Assembly: GCA_043228905.1 (NCBI GenBank)
Contig: JBHGNT010000005.1
Location: 16,306,001 to 16,370,000 of the forward strand
Reading direction: 5' to 3'
DNA length: 64,000 nucleotides
Source: Azolla caroliniana
Taxonomy: Eukaryota > Plantae > Polypodiophyta
Position 1 is the stretch's first letter, and every line of letters begins with the position of its first letter. This document shows positions 61,230 through 64,000 of the stretch, one piece after another. Made by a program: the position numbers and the translations under genes. Under the pieces are notes generated by a model. It saw only the letters and a program-made list of their open reading frames with translations, was not told the origin of the DNA and made no database searches.

Positions 61230-63974
61230 TCATGTTGATACCGGATCCTTCTGTCGGTTTTCCGGGATAGTCTTTGTCAGTATCGGTGTCAGTTCCTCCT
61301 CGGTCCGAATATCTTCAGCAGCGTTTGTCGGTGTCGGTTCCTCATCTTGCCGGATTTCCGGGTTTTGCTTGAACGGGTTGGCTGGCATATTTCCCTTATA
61401 CGGCTTTAGCCGAAACCCATTTGCCCACTTACCGATGACATCTCCAGACAACGTGCCGAGCTGATACGACCCATTGTACTCCTTGGTGATCCAGAACGGT
61501 CCGGTCCACCGAAACCGCAACTTTCCCGGCATGTTCCCCATCCGTGTCTGGAACAGTAGCACCGGTTTCCCGACTTCGAACTCCTTTTCGTTGCCACGCC
61601 GGTGTCGGTCCACGAAAGCTTTTCTCCTCCTTTGCTCCAGTTCGAGTTGTAGTAAGCTGGCTATTCGGTTTTCTTCTAATTCCAACAACGTCGCCAGCCG
61701 GATTCGTTCGGACTCCTTCTCACTTAAGCGCTCCTTTACCTGGATCCGTAAGCTGGGGATCTGAAACTCTACCGGCATGACCGCTTCTAAACCGAATGCT
61801 AGTCGGAACGGGGTTGTCCGAATGCTGGTTTTGTACGTTGTTCGGTACGCCCATAGCGCACTTTGCAATTTCGTATCCCAGTCGGTCCGGTTCTCGTTGA
61901 CGATTTTTCGTAGGATGTTCTGCAGAGTTTTGTTCGTTGATTCCGCTAGTCCATTGGCTTGAGGGTAGTAGGGAGTACTCCTTTTATGTACCACCGCGTA
62001 AAATGACGTCAGGCTTTCTACTACCTGCCCGAGAAAATGTCCTCCTTGGTCACTTATAAGCTCGATCGGGCATCCATACCGGCACCATATGCACTCGTAC
62101 AGAAACTTTGCCGTGGACGCGACCGTGTTGTCCCGTAAGGCCTTTGCTTCTACCCATTTGGTGCAATAGTCGGTTGCCACTATGACATACCGATTTCCGG
62201 TTCGCATTGCCGGTGGCTTGAAGGGACCGACAAAGTCCAAACCCCACTTTTGAAACGGTTCCAAAGGCAAGACCGGGTGGTGTGGCATCCGGGCCTGCTC
62301 CGTGTGTTGGCCCAGTCGTTGACACAAATCGCATTCTCTGCTATACTTCACGGCATCTTTTAAGGTGGTGGGCCACCACAGTCTGCTCTGCCATATTTTC
62401 CGAGCGGTTGCGTCGCCGGCATAATGCCCGCCGGCAATTCCATAGTGGGCTTCCCTAAGGATTAAATCCTTCTGATCGCTCCGCACTGCTCGTCTCCAGA
62501 TGCCATCTGCCCCCTTGTGATAGAGGGTGTCTCCAACCAAGCAGAAATGTCTGCTTCTTACTGCTACCCTTTTCCTTTCATCGCGGTCCATGTTCTCCGG
62601 GGGTACTCCGGTGCTCAGGAACTGATGCATCTCAGTTAGCCACGTGTCTTCATCGGCCACTGTTGCATCCGTTGCCGGTTTCGTCGTGATCCGGAACAAC
62701 TCGGCGTCGGGGAACTCATCCTGGACGCCGTCCCCTGCTTCTCCGGATTCGAGGCTGCTTAGGTAGTCCGCTACCGCATGCTGCGCCCCGGGTCGGTGGA
62801 AAATGTCGAATTCAAATTCCTGTAACAGCAGTGTCCATCGTGCAATTTTTCCCGTCAGGTATGCCTTCGAGACCAGGTAGAGTAGTGCCGAATGGTCGAC
62901 ATGGAAGGAAAACTTCCTTCCGAGCAGATAGTGCCTGTACTTTGTGACACTATACACCATTCCCAATGCCTCGCGTTCCGTCGTAGAGTAGTTCCGTTCG
63001 GCTTTTGAGAGTTTCCGGCTTGCGTAGTACACCGGTCGGTACCATTTCGGCTCCGTGAGTTGCATCAGAACGCTGCCGATTGCTACGTCCGACGCGTCGA
63101 CGAAGACGTGAAAGCTTTTACTCCAATCCGACGGTTGCACCACCGGAGCTTGCGACAGCATAACCTTCAACGCTTGGTAGGCTTCCTCCTCCGTCTTCGC
63201 CCATAGGAAGGGTACCCTGTGTACGGCGGTATGTAATGGTGTAGCGAAGTCTGCGAGGTGCCGTATCATCCGGCTATGCCACCTTATTTGGCCCAGGAAC
63301 CGGCTTAAAGCCTTTGCGTTATTTGGTGATGGTGCCTCGAGAATCGCCTTGACTTTATGCGGATCTACCGCGATTCCTTCCTTACTCACCACGTGCCCTA
63401 GTAAGTTGCCGCTTTCCACTCCAAAGACACACTTGGCCGGGTTCAGACTCAACCGGTACTCGCGGCACTTCTCCAAGCACAACCGGAGGTGATCGAGATG
63501 CTCTCCGTGCTGGCTGTAGACTGCGAAATCGTCAAGGAAGACCTGCATAAAACCGGGGATATATTCCCCGAAAATTTCCATTATTATCCTTTGAAAGGTC
63601 GCTGGAGCCGTCTTTAGTCCGAACATCATCACGACCGCGACGAACACTCCCCATTCCATAACGAACGTTGTCTTCTCCTGGTCGACCGGGTTCATTCGTA
63701 TTTGGTTGTAGCCGCTAAATCCATCCAGGAAGCTGTAAACTTCGTGGCCGGCTACCGCATCTAACACCCCGTCCGTAAATGGTAGTGGAAACGCATCGGT
63801 CACTGTTGCGGCATTTAGTTTGCGATAGTCCACGCATACCCGGATTTTGCCGTTCTTTTTCGGGACCACCACTATCGGACTCAGCCAGGTTGCCTGGCTG
63901 ACCGGTCGGATAAATCCGACCCGGAGGAGCTTATCAATTTCCTCCTTCACCTTCGCCGCATAATTCGGATTCAT
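61230..63974 (-). CDS. Gypsy pol: RT, RNase H, integrase (5' part outside the window)
   Basis: FLDGFSGYNQI, FLDDF, VDASD, ERNYSTTEREAL, H..GH..C..C, WGLDF, SDQGGHF, NGLAE, WTGPF; no chromodomain and no second RNase H visible. Confidence 0.95.
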   Translation of the reverse strand: MNPNYAAKVKEEIDKLLRVGFIRPVSQATWLSPIVVVPKKNGKIRVCVDYRKLNAATVTDAFPLPFTDGVLDAVAGHEVYSFLDGFSGYNQIRMNPVDQEKTTFVMEWGVFVAVVMMFGLKTAPATFQRIIMEIFGEYIPGFMQVFLDDFAVYSQHGEHLDHLRLCLEKCREYRLSLNPAKCVFGVESGNLLGHVVSKEGIAVDPHKVKAILEAPSPNNAKALSRFLGQIRWHSRMIRHLADFATPLHTAVHRVPFLWAKTEEEAYQALKVMLSQAPVVQPSDWSKSFHVFVDASDVAIGSVLMQLTEPKWYRPVYYASRKLSKAERNYSTTEREALGMVYSVTKYRHYLLGRKFSFHVDHSALLYLVSKAYLTGKIARWTLLLQEFEFDIFHRPGAQHAVADYLSSLESGEAGDGVQDEFPDAELFRITTKPATDATVADEDTWLTEMHQFLSTGVPPENMDRDERKRVAVRSRHFCLVGDTLYHKGADGIWRRAVRSDQKDLILREAHYGIAGGHYAGDATARKIWQSRLWWPTTLKDAVKYSRECDLCQRLGQHTEQARMPHHPVLPLEPFQKWGLDFVGPFKPPAMRTGNRYVIVATDYCTKWVEAKALRDNTVASTAKFLYECIWCRYGCPIELISDQGGHFLGQVVESLTSFYAVVHKRSTPYYPQANGLAESTNKTLQNILRKIVNENRTDWDTKLQSALWAYRTTYKTSIRTTPFRLAFGLEAVMPVEFQIPSLRIQVKERLSEKESERIRLATLLELEENRIASLLQLELEQRRRKAFVDRHRRGNEKEFEVGKPVLLFQTRMGNMPGKLRFRWTGPFWITKEYNGSYQLGTLSGDVIGKWANGFRLKPYKGNMPANPFKQNPEIRQDEEPTPTNAAEDIRTEEELTPILTKTIPENRQKDPVST

Positions 63975-64000
63975 CCGGTACCTGCGTTGAGCGATCGGTT

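Larger units (their letters stand above)
57924..64000 (-). mobile_element. Non-chromoviral Ty3/gypsy element, copy 4, best preserved (RT-RH-INT, extra ORF, 3' LTR 57924..58305)
   Basis: On -, LTR TGTTGACCGG (58305) to CAAACAACA (57924), homologous and co-oriented with the 5' LTR at 36014; stop-free pol 61230..63974. Confidence 0.95.

Overview
Eukaryotic, plant-type genomic DNA, most consistent with a non-seed plant such as a fern (inference from the transposon lineages). It contains one intact host gene: a five-exon GPI transamidase subunit PIG-T/GPI16 on the - strand (20488..28095, 739 aa after splicing). Both flanks are deeply nested transposons: at least seven Ty1/copia pieces, three Ty3/gypsy lineages (a non-chromoviral family with an extra 3' ORF in four copies, a family with a 4-bp TSD, and a Tf1/Tcn1-like element), two LINE copies with (CTTT)n tails, and a Sola2-like DNA transposon with an 82/83-bp tandem array and an intron made of palindromic repeats. 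The most unusual signal is in the non-chromoviral Gypsy family. In two independent copies the polypurine tract in front of the 3' LTR is missing. In its place is a tRNA-Arg-like 3' half (T-arm, acceptor strand, CCA), which reads as a second, inverted primer-binding site. All coordinates and alignments were read by eye; tRNA and family assignments rest on recalled consensus motifs and need database confirmation.
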